DNA of 64,000 nucleotides from Deltaproteobacteria bacterium (GTDB lineage: Bacteria > Desulfobacterota > DSM-4660 > Desulfatiglandales > Desulfatiglandaceae): contig JAOZOW010000006.1 of assembly GCA_029933075.1 (NCBI GenBank), positions 1,080 to 65,079 of the forward strand. The letters are read 5' to 3'. Of the stretch, positions 19,876-29,060 are shown in pieces. Numbering within the stretch: the stretch's first letter is position 1; every line of letters starts with the position of its first letter. The position numbers and the translations under genes were made by a program. The notes beneath the pieces are model-generated. The model saw nothing but the letters and a program-made list of their open reading frames with translations, was not told the DNA's origin and did not search any database.

Positions 19876-19935
19876 TTTCTCCCCTCTCTTTTACTAAGGT
19901 GATTTCATTGACTCAAGATCAGGTGACTCGCCTTT

Positions 19936-20880
19936 CTATCCACTTTCCTGGAAGAATGGCGACATCTTGTCCCAGAAGTCGGGCTCGCTGCATCCTATGC
20001 AGGGATGCCCTGCCTGAATAGGAAAGCTGGTTCCATCATTGAATTTTGCGATGGGACAGTTGTTGTAAGTGTCCGGTCCCTTGCACCCCATCTTGTAGAG
20101 GCAATAACCATTTGCCGCCTCTTCGGAGCCGAACTCCTCCACAAACTCATCGTTCTCATAGTGGGATCTTCTCGGACACTGATCGTGAATCGATTTCCCG
20201 TAGGCGAAGAGTGGTCTCCCAAGGTCATCGCACTCGGGCAGTTTCCCCAGGAGCAGGTAATTGACAACAGTTCCGACCAGGTTGATCGGATTGGGAGGGC
20301 ATCCTGGGATGTTGACCGTTTTGATGCCCAGTGCATCGCCGACGCCTTTGTATCCGCCTGGATTTGGTTTGGCCGCCTGTACGCCGCCGTATGAGGAACA
20401 GGTTCCCAGACAAACCACGGCAGCTGCTTTAGGGCAAACTTCCTTGGCGATTTCAAGGAATGTTCGGCCGCCGATTTTCCCGTAAGCGCCGCCATATTTC
20501 GTGGCAATGGCGCCTTCAACCACACAGATGAATTTGCCGTTGTACTTTTCCACAGCGGCTTTCAGATTCTCCTCCATCTGCTGGCCAGCGGCCGCAAAAA
20601 TGGTTTCGAGGTATTCAATGGAGAGGATCTCCAGGACCAGTTCGTCAATCCATGGATACATGGACCTCAAAACCGCCTCGGTACAGCCCGTGCATTCCGC
20701 AAAGTGAAGCCAGACTACGGGCGGCCTCTGCTTGGGCGCTGCGAAGACCTCTGCCACCTTGGGGACGAATGACGAAGAGAGTCCCATTGTCGCTGTAAGC
20801 ATACCGCAGTACTTCATGAAATCCCTTCGTGAGATCCCCTTTTCCGATAACCTTTTGTAAAAATCTTTTGCCTCCCTCAT
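19936..20880 (-). CDS. Periplasmic [NiFe] hydrogenase small subunit (Tat signal, no C-terminal membrane anchor)
   Basis: MREAKDFYKRLSEKGISRRDFMKYCG twin-arginine signal, WLHFAECTGCTEA proximal-cluster motif and GHPCIGCSEPDFWD distal motif. AGGAGG RBS before ATG 20880. Confidence 0.92.
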   Translation of the reverse strand: MREAKDFYKRLSEKGISRRDFMKYCGMLTATMGLSSSFVPKVAEVFAAPKQRPPVVWLHFAECTGCTEAVLRSMYPWIDELVLEILSIEYLETIFAAAGQQMEENLKAAVEKYNGKFICVVEGAIATKYGGAYGKIGGRTFLEIAKEVCPKAAAVVCLGTCSSYGGVQAAKPNPGGYKGVGDALGIKTVNIPGCPPNPINLVGTVVNYLLLGKLPECDDLGRPLFAYGKSIHDQCPRRSHYENDEFVEEFGSEEAANGYCLYKMGCKGPDTYNNCPIAKFNDGTSFPIQAGHPCIGCSEPDFWDKMSPFFQESG

Positions 20881-21059
20881 TGGCACCTCCTGATGCTGGT
20901 TAACAAAAGCCCTCCTTCCCAAACTTCTTCCGGTTTCCGTGCATATGATTAAAAAATTTAAGCACTGTTTGTCAATCTTTTTTTGCAAAAAATATTGAGA
21001 AAAGGCCAACTTGGGTGATAAAAGAGTTGAAAGCGTCCGAATGGGAGTCATTTGACACG

Positions 21060-22691
21060 ATGGCTGCGAAAAAAGTCCTGCTCCTTTATACAGACAGGTA
21101 TTATCTGGTCAAACAGGTATATCCATTCGGTCTGGACCTGATTGCCCATCACCTGAGACGCTCCGGGCATGAAGCGAGCGTGGAGTACCCTTTTCTTCCC
21201 GAAAAGAATATGGAAGCGAACCTGGTTAGCATACTGGAGCGAACCGAGCCTGATATTGTGGGCATCGGAATCCGAAACCTGGACACATGCATGTCATGCG
21301 AAGAATATGGCGACTTAGAGGGGAAGGATTACAGGACTTTCTTTTTTCTGCCCCATGTGAAGGCGGTGGTGGATGGCATAAAGAAACATGCGCCCGGCGT
21401 GCCAGTGATTGCCGGAGGCGGGGCCTTCAGCGTTTGTCCTGTGGACATAATGGAGTATCTGGATATTGACTACGGCGTTGTAGGGGAAGGGGAGGAGCCG
21501 CTTAAGCGGTTTGCCGATGCCTTTCCTGACAGGGGGAAAATCTCCGAGGTTCCAAATCTCGTATTCCGCTCCGACAAAGGCCATGTGGTGAACCCTAAGC
21601 GGAAATATGATTTTAAGGATTATCCGCTGCTCGGCGAGAGGGATCGTAAGTTCGATCATGGGTTTGAGATGTCAGGGATCCCCGTGCAGACGAAAAGGGG
21701 CTGCAATCAGAGATGCAGCTACTGCGTGGAGCCTCTGATTGAGGGGCAGCGATATATTTTCAGGGAAGTAGAAGAGGTGGTGGGGGAGTTGAAGCAGATC
21801 TCTCGGGTTCATGACAATGCCACTGCCGTTTTCTTTGTGGATACGGAATTTAACCTGCCTGATTTGACCTACTGTTCCCAACTCATTAAGCGGATTCTCG
21901 AAGAGGGCATGCACCAGAGGTTTCGATTTTCTTCTCAATTTTTGCCCAGGCCCTTTGAAGCCGATTTTGCAAAACTGTTGGCCGAGGCGGGTTTTTCGAT
22001 TGTGCTCACCTGTGACAGCTTTTCAGACGAGGTTCTCGAAAGAAATGGGGCTTCATATCGCATGGCCGATATCATCAAGGCACTGGAGCTTTGCGAAGCA
22101 CATGGCGTAAGCTGTACAGTGGCCATGATCTTTGGCCTGCCGGGGGAAACCCGTGCAAGCATTGACCGCAGTCTTGAACAGATGCGGAGGTATGCGCCCG
22201 GACCCTTGAGGCGATATGAATATACAGTGGGGGGGCGAATATACAAGGGGACGGCGCTGTGCCGGATTGCCGGGCAGGAGGGGGCCGGAGAACACCTCTA
22301 CGGCCGATGGTCCGAAGGATTTCTGGAGCCCTGTTATTATTGCGCCCCAGAGAGCCCATTGAGGCTGAAATCATACATCGATAATGCTCTGGGCTATTCC
22401 GTGGCCTATGAAAACCTTTTCGACGAGACACGGTTCCAGACCTTGGCACTCAGCTACCTGGCAGATCAGGGGAGATGGGCTGATGCGATTCCCAGGTTTA
22501 TGGATGCCCAGTTGAGTGTCAAGAGCAATGTCTATCAATATTTTTTTCAACGATTAGCAGACACAGGAAGGATTGATGAGGCTGCAGAGATCTCCTTCAG
22601 GCTGCTGGATGCCATTGAGGGAAGCAATCAGGGAGCAAGATACGGGGAAGAGGCGGAACTTGCCAAGTTCTACTTGAGCCGTATCAAGTAA
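21060..22691 (+). CDS. B12-binding-domain radical SAM enzyme, function unknown
   Basis: N-terminal Rossmann-like B12-binding region (KKVLLLYTD...IVGIGIRNL), radical SAM motif GCNQRCSYC and a helical C-terminal extension. Start chosen at ATG 21060. Confidence 0.8.
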   Translation: MAAKKVLLLYTDRYYLVKQVYPFGLDLIAHHLRRSGHEASVEYPFLPEKNMEANLVSILERTEPDIVGIGIRNLDTCMSCEEYGDLEGKDYRTFFFLPHVKAVVDGIKKHAPGVPVIAGGGAFSVCPVDIMEYLDIDYGVVGEGEEPLKRFADAFPDRGKISEVPNLVFRSDKGHVVNPKRKYDFKDYPLLGERDRKFDHGFEMSGIPVQTKRGCNQRCSYCVEPLIEGQRYIFREVEEVVGELKQISRVHDNATAVFFVDTEFNLPDLTYCSQLIKRILEEGMHQRFRFSSQFLPRPFEADFAKLLAEAGFSIVLTCDSFSDEVLERNGASYRMADIIKALELCEAHGVSCTVAMIFGLPGETRASIDRSLEQMRRYAPGPLRRYEYTVGGRIYKGTALCRIAGQEGAGEHLYGRWSEGFLEPCYYCAPESPLRLKSYIDNALGYSVAYENLFDETRFQTLALSYLADQGRWADAIPRFMDAQLSVKSNVYQYFFQRLADTGRIDEAAEISFRLLDAIEGSNQGARYGEEAELAKFYLSRIK

Positions 22692-22703
22692 AGTATGTCA
22701 GCT

Positions 22704-23531
22704 TTATTTGAAGCCCTGCTCCACCGCAGCCATGTCCAGATAGAGTGTGGCCAGGTTTTCGATCTCCATGGGGGCCACCTGTTCGAGAGCCCTCTTGTCA
22801 AGGGTCTTGATATACCTTTTGCATTTCCTGCAGAAGTCCACCCGAAAGCCTTCTTCCCCTTCAGCCAGAAAGTACCCCAAGGTGCTCTGGTCCTCGTTCT
22901 GGCAGAAGACACACTTGACCCGTGGATAGGGCCACTCCTGCCCGCACAGTTCGCAGTGTAAATACCTTTTTCCGGTCTTTGCGAAGTATGAGATGTCCGG
23001 TTCGGAGCCGCACACAGGACAATACCCATTGTCCCATTTTTCAGCCTCTATCTTGTGAGACAGCGCCTCCCGTAAGGTCTCGAACGAAGGTCTCAGGGCG
23101 GTTTGTCCCAGGAAGAAGAGGGCCTTCGGGTCCAGCCCGACATCTTTTCCCAAGAGCGATAGGGCGTTTTCGTCCTGGCCCAGGATGGCCCTGAACAATC
23201 TTTCGCACCATTGGGGCTCTGTCTCTGATTTTTCAAAGGCCGTTTTTAGCCCCTCTTTGTCGGGCCTCTCGGTGTCTTTGAGGTGTTGAAAGAATTTTTT
23301 CAGCAGCCCCGAAGCAGTCCCGAGGTCGAGCGGAAGCTCCTGCCTCGAGAAAAGAGAAAATCCCTCCTCCTGTTTGATCTCCTTGTAGGAATCGTCAAGT
23401 TCGAAAGGCTTGCTTACGGGATGTTCCCTGATCAGAAGTGCCATGAGATCTCTATAAGGCTCAAGGGCGGCCCTGGCAACCGGTCTTTGTCGAATCAGGC
23501 GCTCTATATGTTCCAAGATTTCCTCTGCCAT
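22704..23531 (-). CDS. fdhE: Formate dehydrogenase accessory protein FdhE
   Basis: Four CxxC pairs (CPVCGSEP, CELCGQEW, CVFCQNED, CRKCKRYIK) in the C-terminal half; 275 aa. Confidence 0.85.
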   Translation of the reverse strand: MAEEILEHIERLIRQRPVARAALEPYRDLMALLIREHPVSKPFELDDSYKEIKQEEGFSLFSRQELPLDLGTASGLLKKFFQHLKDTERPDKEGLKTAFEKSETEPQWCERLFRAILGQDENALSLLGKDVGLDPKALFFLGQTALRPSFETLREALSHKIEAEKWDNGYCPVCGSEPDISYFAKTGKRYLHCELCGQEWPYPRVKCVFCQNEDQSTLGYFLAEGEEGFRVDFCRKCKRYIKTLDKRALEQVAPMEIENLATLYLDMAAVEQGFK

Positions 23532-23654
23532 TGATCCTCCTTTTTCCTATTCCCCCAGCTTTTCCAGCTGCTTGACGAGTATATCGAGATGAGGCCTCTT
23601 TGTTGATATCATGGACGTCGATATATCGAATAGTCCCGTTTCTGTCGATTCACG

Positions 23655-23700
23655 CAAGAAAAGAGTGGGGATACCCACCTTCCTCAGGAGGTATCCCCAC
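23655..23700 (-). terminator. Intrinsic terminator or attenuator between fdhB and fdhE
   Basis: On the minus strand GTGGGGATACC pairs with GGTATCCCCAC (11 bp) and is followed by TCTTTTCTTG. Confidence 0.55.
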
Positions 23701-23726
23701 GGCCTCTTTGAAATGTCTCAAACCGG

Positions 23727-24482
23727 TTAACCGGCGAGCTTTTTCAAAAGCTGCCACTCTCTTGAAAGATCGCTCAAAGACTTGCCGATCTTTTTGAGGG
23801 CCATCTTCCGGTCCATAACATCTGGAGCTTTTTCCACACCGGCAAACTGGTAGTACTTGGAGGGCTCGTCTGCCAGGAGATAGAAAACCCTCAAGTCCTC
23901 CAGTCCCGTGACCTTGGCATTGGGGAATTTGGCCTTCACCTCGCCCAGGCGTTTCTTGGCGAGCGCCGCCATCTTATCCCGATCACCAAAATTCATGGCC
24001 CCGGTGGGGCAGGTCTTGACGCAGGCCGGCTCAAGCCCGTTGTGCACCCTGTCGTAACACATGGTGCATTTGGACATATAGCCGGTGCCTTTCTGCACCC
24101 GTGGAATATTAAAGGGGCAGGCCTCTATGACATCCTTTGCATTGGCCTTTTTGAGCTTGTCCGTATAAAGCACCGCCCCGGTTTCACTGTCCACTATGAT
24201 GCCGCCCGGCGCATCATCCTCGGCAGCCTCCTTGCAAGGAGGCTCGAGGCAATGACGGCATTGGTCCGGGAAGAAATACCATACCGGCTTGTTCTCAGGG
24301 CCAAGGTGCTCCTGGAATCTTACCACCTTCCAGGTAAAGAATGACAGGTCCTTGGGGTTCTGGTAACTGCCCCAGTTCTCCGTCTTTGTGGCAGGGAGTT
24401 GATTCCATTGCTTACAGGCAATCTGACAGCCCCGGCAAGCGGTACACACGGTTGTATCTATGAAGAATGCCTTTCCACTCAT
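23727..24482 (-). CDS. fdhB: Formate dehydrogenase beta (Fe-S) subunit
   Basis: MSGKAFFIDTTVCTACRGCQIACKQWN and further 4Fe-4S motifs, with no TM anchor. Located 16 nt downstream of fdhA. Confidence 0.9.
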   Translation of the reverse strand: MSGKAFFIDTTVCTACRGCQIACKQWNQLPATKTENWGSYQNPKDLSFFTWKVVRFQEHLGPENKPVWYFFPDQCRHCLEPPCKEAAEDDAPGGIIVDSETGAVLYTDKLKKANAKDVIEACPFNIPRVQKGTGYMSKCTMCYDRVHNGLEPACVKTCPTGAMNFGDRDKMAALAKKRLGEVKAKFPNAKVTGLEDLRVFYLLADEPSKYYQFAGVEKAPDVMDRKMALKKIGKSLSDLSREWQLLKKLAG

Positions 24483-24497
24483 TGGATCACCTCCCTT

Positions 24498-27400
24498 CTA
24501 TGCCTTTTTTATGTTGACCATAAAGGCCTTGGTTTCAGGGATCCTGGTGTTAGGATCGCCCGTTGACGGAGTGAGCAGGTTGGCTGAATCGCCGCCATCC
24601 TTCGGGTAGACCCATCCGAAGTGCCATGGCAGCCCCACCTGGTGAACCACGCTTCCCTGTATCTTGAAGGGACGGAAGCGATGGGTCACAATCGCTTTCG
24701 CCTTCACTTTGCCGCGGGCGGATTCCACGATCACCCATTCACCATTATTAATGCCTTTGAGCTTTGCCAGTTCATGGCTCAACTCCACAAAGAGCTGTGG
24801 CTGGGCTTCCAAGAGCCAGGGTTGCCACCTGGTCATGACCCCCGTCTGCCAGTGCTCGCAAACCCGGTATGTGGTCGCCACAAAAGGATACCGGGGATCG
24901 CATGTCCTGTACACATCCATGTCGGTCCCATATTTGGGCGCCGTGGGGTTGACGAGCTGGCTGGACATGAGGTTCTTTTCCACCGGGCATTCCATGGGCT
25001 CATAGTGCTCGGGGAAAGGCCCGTCCGCCCTGCCCGGGCCGAACACGTGGGCATGGCCCTCCGGCTTCATGATAAAGGGGTACTTGGTCTTGGGGTTGGG
25101 GGTCCCATCAGGCTTCAGCATAGGAGGCCACCCGCCGTCTGGCACGTCCCCGACCCATCCGCCTTTTCCACCTTTGGCGTTGGGATCCCAGCGGATAACC
25201 GGATGCTCCGGATCCCAGGGCTTGCCATATTTATCCACCGATGCGCGATTATAGATAATGCGCCGATTCACGGGCCAGCACCAGGCCCATTCAAGATTGA
25301 GACCGATACCGGACTTCTCCCTTTTCCTTCGAGCCGACATGTTCCCCTTATTTGTGTACGAGTTACAGTAGAGCCAGTTGCCGCTGCTGGTGGAACCATC
25401 GGCCTGGAGATAGGCAAAACTGGGAACCAGGTCTCCCTTCTTAAAGGATTTGCCCTTGACCGTGACATTTTTCAGAAAATAGCCGTTGATTTCCTTGGCC
25501 ACCTTGTGCGGGTCATATGCCCCTTTGGTGGTGTAGTCCCACTTCAGGTTAAGGATAGGCTCAGGAAACACAGCGTTTTTGTCTCTGCGGTACAGGTATT
25601 TGACCTTCTTCATCAGGTCCATGATGATGTCGCCATCCGACTTTGCATCCCCTGGCGGTTCCGCAGCCTTGTAACGCCACTGCATCCAGCGACCGCTGTT
25701 GGTGATGGACCCCTCTTTTTCCAGCGACACGGCGCAGGGAAGGAAGAAGACCTCGGTTTTGATCTTCTTGGGATTCATGCCGGGACCCTTCCAGAACCAG
25801 CCCGTCTCGTTGGGGAAGATGTTTACGTTGACCATCCAGTCCAGCTTGGCCAGGGCCTTTCTGTTTTTATCGGCATTGGCCCCTGAGGCTGCAGGATTCT
25901 GGCCCCATGCAAAGAAGCCGGTGAATTCCCCCCTGTACATGGCGTCAAAGAGATCAAGCCAAGAATAGATCTTGCCGTCATCCAGCTTGGGCAGCCAGCT
26001 ATAGCCAAAGTCATTCGCCTTGGTCGCCTTGTCTCCGAAGAATGATTTGAGAAGGCTTACCGAGTACTTGGGGTAATTTCCCCACCAGTTGGCGCTCAGG
26101 GGATCGTGGGTCACGGGCGTGTATTTCTTATTGTAAGCGGCAAGCGTGGCCTGGGATGCCCTGGGCGTTTTCAGGTAGCCGGGCCAGATGTGGAAGAGGA
26201 TGCAATGGTCCGTTGAGCCCTGGACATTGGACTCGCCCCTGAGGGCGTTTACCCCGCCTCCGGCCACGCCCATGTTGCCGAGCAGCAATTGGATCATGGC
26301 CATGGTGCGGATGTTCTGGACTCCCACTGTGTGCTGGGTCCATCCCATGGCGTACATGATCGTACCGGCCTTGCCCTTCTTCCCGGTGGCCGAGTACATC
26401 TCGTAGACCTTTTTGAGGTCTTCTTTCGGTGTCCCCGTGATGGCCGAGACCGTATCGAGATCATAGCGGCTATAATGTTTTTTCAGTAATTGAAAGACAC
26501 AACGGGGGTCCTGCAAGCTCCGATCCTTCTTTGGAATCCCTTTTGAATCTTTCACAAAGGCCCACATCTTTTTGTTGTATTTGTGGGTCTTTGGGTCATA
26601 ACCGGAGAAAAGACCGTCCTTGAAATCATAGGTCTCCGCCACGATAAACGGGGCGTTCGTATACTCAGCCACGTACTCTTTGAAGTACTTGTCGTTTTCG
26701 ATGATGTACTTGATCATACCCCCTAAGAAGGCGATATCCGTGCCTGATCTCAGATAGGTGTAGAAGTCGGCCTTGGAGGAGGTGCGGGTGAATCGGGGAT
26801 CAACGCTGATCAGTTTGGCCCCCCGCTTCATGGCCTCGTTCACCCATTTGAAGGAAATGGGGTGATTTTCGGCCGCATTGGAGCCCATAATAAGGATGCA
26901 ATCGCTGTTCCGGATATCGATCCAGTGATTGGTCATTGCGCCGCGTCCGAACGACTCTGCCAGAGCCGCAACCGTGGCGCTGTGTCAGATACGGGCCTGA
27001 TGCTCTATATAGACCAGACCGAGGGCCCTCATCATTGCCTGGATCAGCCAGCACTCCTCATTGTCCAGAGCGGCACTTCCCACTTCGGCAATGCCGTTAG
27101 TGCGGTTGACCACCTGGCCTTTGTCATTCTTCCGGGTAAAGCTGGCATCGCGGCTCTTCTTGATCCTTTTTGCTATGGTGAACAGGGCCCAGTCCCAGGA
27201 TACCTTTTGCCAATGGCTGCTGTAAGGCGCCCGATAAAGAGGCGTCGTTACGCGATTTTCATTATTGACGAGTTGACTCAGTGCAGCGCCTTTGGCACAG
27301 AGGGCCCCCTCATTTATAGGATGATCGGGGTCTCCCTCAACGTTGATGATCTTTCCTGCTCCTGCCTTCCCGGTATGTGCGATGACCCCGCAGCCAACGG

Positions 27401-27560
27401 CGCAATAACAACATATACTTGTTGTCTCTTTGGCAAACCGGATCTTCAGGGTTTGGGCGTAAGACCTGACAGGCTTCAAGTCGAGGCCCAATCCCATGGC
27501 GGCAACGCCAGCGGCAGAAGCTCCTGCGATTTTCAGAAAACCACGACGCGTAACGTTCAT
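24498..27560 (-). CDS. fdhA: Periplasmic selenocysteine-containing formate dehydrogenase alpha subunit (Mo/W-bisPGD)
   Basis: MNVTRRGFLKIAGASAAG Tat signal and CCYCAVGCG 4Fe-4S motif. ORFs 26985..27626 and 24498..26936 join in frame through TGA 26987-26985, giving the canonical EHQARI-U-HSATVAALAESFGRGAMTNHW. Confidence 0.93.
26952..26968 (-). promoter_or_regulatory. Candidate SECIS hairpin for fdhA
   Basis: mRNA CGGCUCU-GGC-AGAGUCG: 7-bp stem with one G-U pair, starting 16 nt after the UGA. Confidence 0.45.
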
Positions 27561-28074
27561 GGGGCCTCCTTTCTCTTGAGGGTTGTTAACAACAAACAAT
27601 GTCATCGCTATCTGAAACCCGAACACTTAAGAATTTCTTTTTCTTTGATTATCACCTCCCGCAGCCTGAAGTTTTGGTGGATATGAGTTTCTTCTTTGAA
27701 GGTTAACCGCCAATGATATGAAGGGAATTTTCATGTTGGGGGTGAATAATGACGGTAAGCACTCTTAAAAAAATTTTTATCCATAAAAATCCCGGTTTTG
27801 TCAACCGTTTTTTCCTGTCTATTTTTTGGAAAATCAGCCACTTACATATATCAAAAATGACATAACCATATTAACCTTTCTCTTTCCAGGCGCTCCTCCG
27901 GGGCATTTTTATCCCTAAAACCTCCTGCTGGAGGTTCATTTCTGTTGCAAAATGGCTATAATGTAGTTACAATATAGTTATTTCTGTCCGGATTGGGCCT
28001 GAGGAGAAATACGTATCGGGGTCTTGGAAGAAGATCCCAGGCCCACCCGGCCATCTTCCGGGGAGGAAAAGTCC

Positions 28075-28470
28075 ATGTCAGAGGAGATAAGGGGCGCCGT
28101 ACTGGTGGTGGGAGGGGGCATTGCTGGGATGCAATCCGCTCTGGACCTGGCTGATTCCGGGTATTACGTGTACCTGCTTGAAAAAAGCCCTTCCATTGGT
28201 GGAGGAATGGCACAATTGGATAAGACCTTTCCCACCAATGATTGCGCCATGTGAATCATTTCTCCAAAACTGGTCGAGGTCGGCCGGCACAGAAACATTG
28301 AGTTGATCACTTATGCAGATCTTGAGTCCGTGGAGGGGTCTGCCGGAGATTTCAGGGTCCGGATCAAGAAACGTGCGCGCAGCATTGATATGAATCTGTG
28401 CACCGGATGCGGCAATTGTATCGAAAGCTGTCCTGTGACAAACAGGCCCGTTTCCGCTTCACCGCCATAA
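28075..28470 (+). CDS. HdrA N-terminal fragment (FAD-binding half of the thioredoxin-reductase-like domain plus first Fe-S motif of the inserted ferredoxin domain) with Sec
   Basis: GGGAGG RBS. Sequence [29 protein letters not shown]...[21 protein letters not shown](28252-28254)[23 protein letters not shown]...[13 protein letters not shown], with stop at 28468-28470. The TGA sits at the DCxxC position of HdrA. Confidence 0.75.
28270..28287 (+). promoter_or_regulatory. Candidate SECIS hairpin for the hdrA fragment
   Basis: CUGGUC-GAGGUC-GGCCGG: 6-bp stem including two G-U pairs and a GGU-containing loop, starting 15 nt after the UGA. Confidence 0.4.
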
Positions 28471-28483
28471 TCCTGAATTATCC

Positions 28484-29026
28484 ATGTTTGAGCCATTAGG
28501 GGGCGGAGGAGAGTTCTCCCCCCGGATAAGAGAATGGGACGACATGCAAGCACCTTTTGAGATCCGATTGGAAAAGATCGAAGAGATAATTGAAAAGTAT
28601 CATGGAGATCGCGAGGCCCTGCTCATGATCTTGCAGGATATCGCCGACATCCACAATTATGTGCCTCCCGAGGTGGTACCCCTCCTTGTGGAGAGACTGG
28701 GCGTCAGGCCGAGCCTGATTTACAGCGTGGCTACTTTTTATAAGACCATCAGCCTGGAGCCCAGGGGAAAGTATGTCATCAACGTCTGTACTGGTACCGC
28801 CTGCCATGTTAGAGGGGCTGACAAGATCATGGAGGCATTAAAAGAAAAGCTCGGGATCGATGAAGGTGAGACCACGGAGGATCTGAAATTCACCCTGGAG
28901 GCCGTGCGGTGCGTGGGCTGCTGCGCCTCCGGGCCGGTGATCACCGTAAATCGGGAAACGCACGGCGGGCTTGACCGCTCCAGTGCCCTGAAGATCATTG
29001 AATCGTATGAGAAGGAGATCTCCTGA
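28484..29026 (+). CDS. NuoE/HoxE-like [2Fe-2S] thioredoxin-fold subunit
   Basis: CTGTACHVRGA...CVGCCASGPV cysteine pattern. The start is uncertain: ATG 28484 or ATG 28544. Confidence 0.85.
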   Translation: MFEPLGGGGEFSPRIREWDDMQAPFEIRLEKIEEIIEKYHGDREALLMILQDIADIHNYVPPEVVPLLVERLGVRPSLIYSVATFYKTISLEPRGKYVINVCTGTACHVRGADKIMEALKEKLGIDEGETTEDLKFTLEAVRCVGCCASGPVITVNRETHGGLDRSSALKIIESYEKEIS

Positions 29027-29060
29027 CCCCCGGGTTCCCATAAGAAGCAACGACTGAACT

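Noticed and set aside
24621-27686. Plus-strand ORFs of 421 aa (24621-25886) and 274 aa (26862-27686)
   Set aside because: Both are antisense to the clearly identified fdhA. Their Arg/Gly/Pro-rich composition is typical of shadow frames.
28024-28254. 76-aa stand-alone ORF as listed in the ORF track
   Set aside because: The TTG start is unsupported; ATG 28075 has a GGGAGG RBS. The terminal TGA falls on the HdrA DCxxC position, and HdrA homology continues in frame to 28470.
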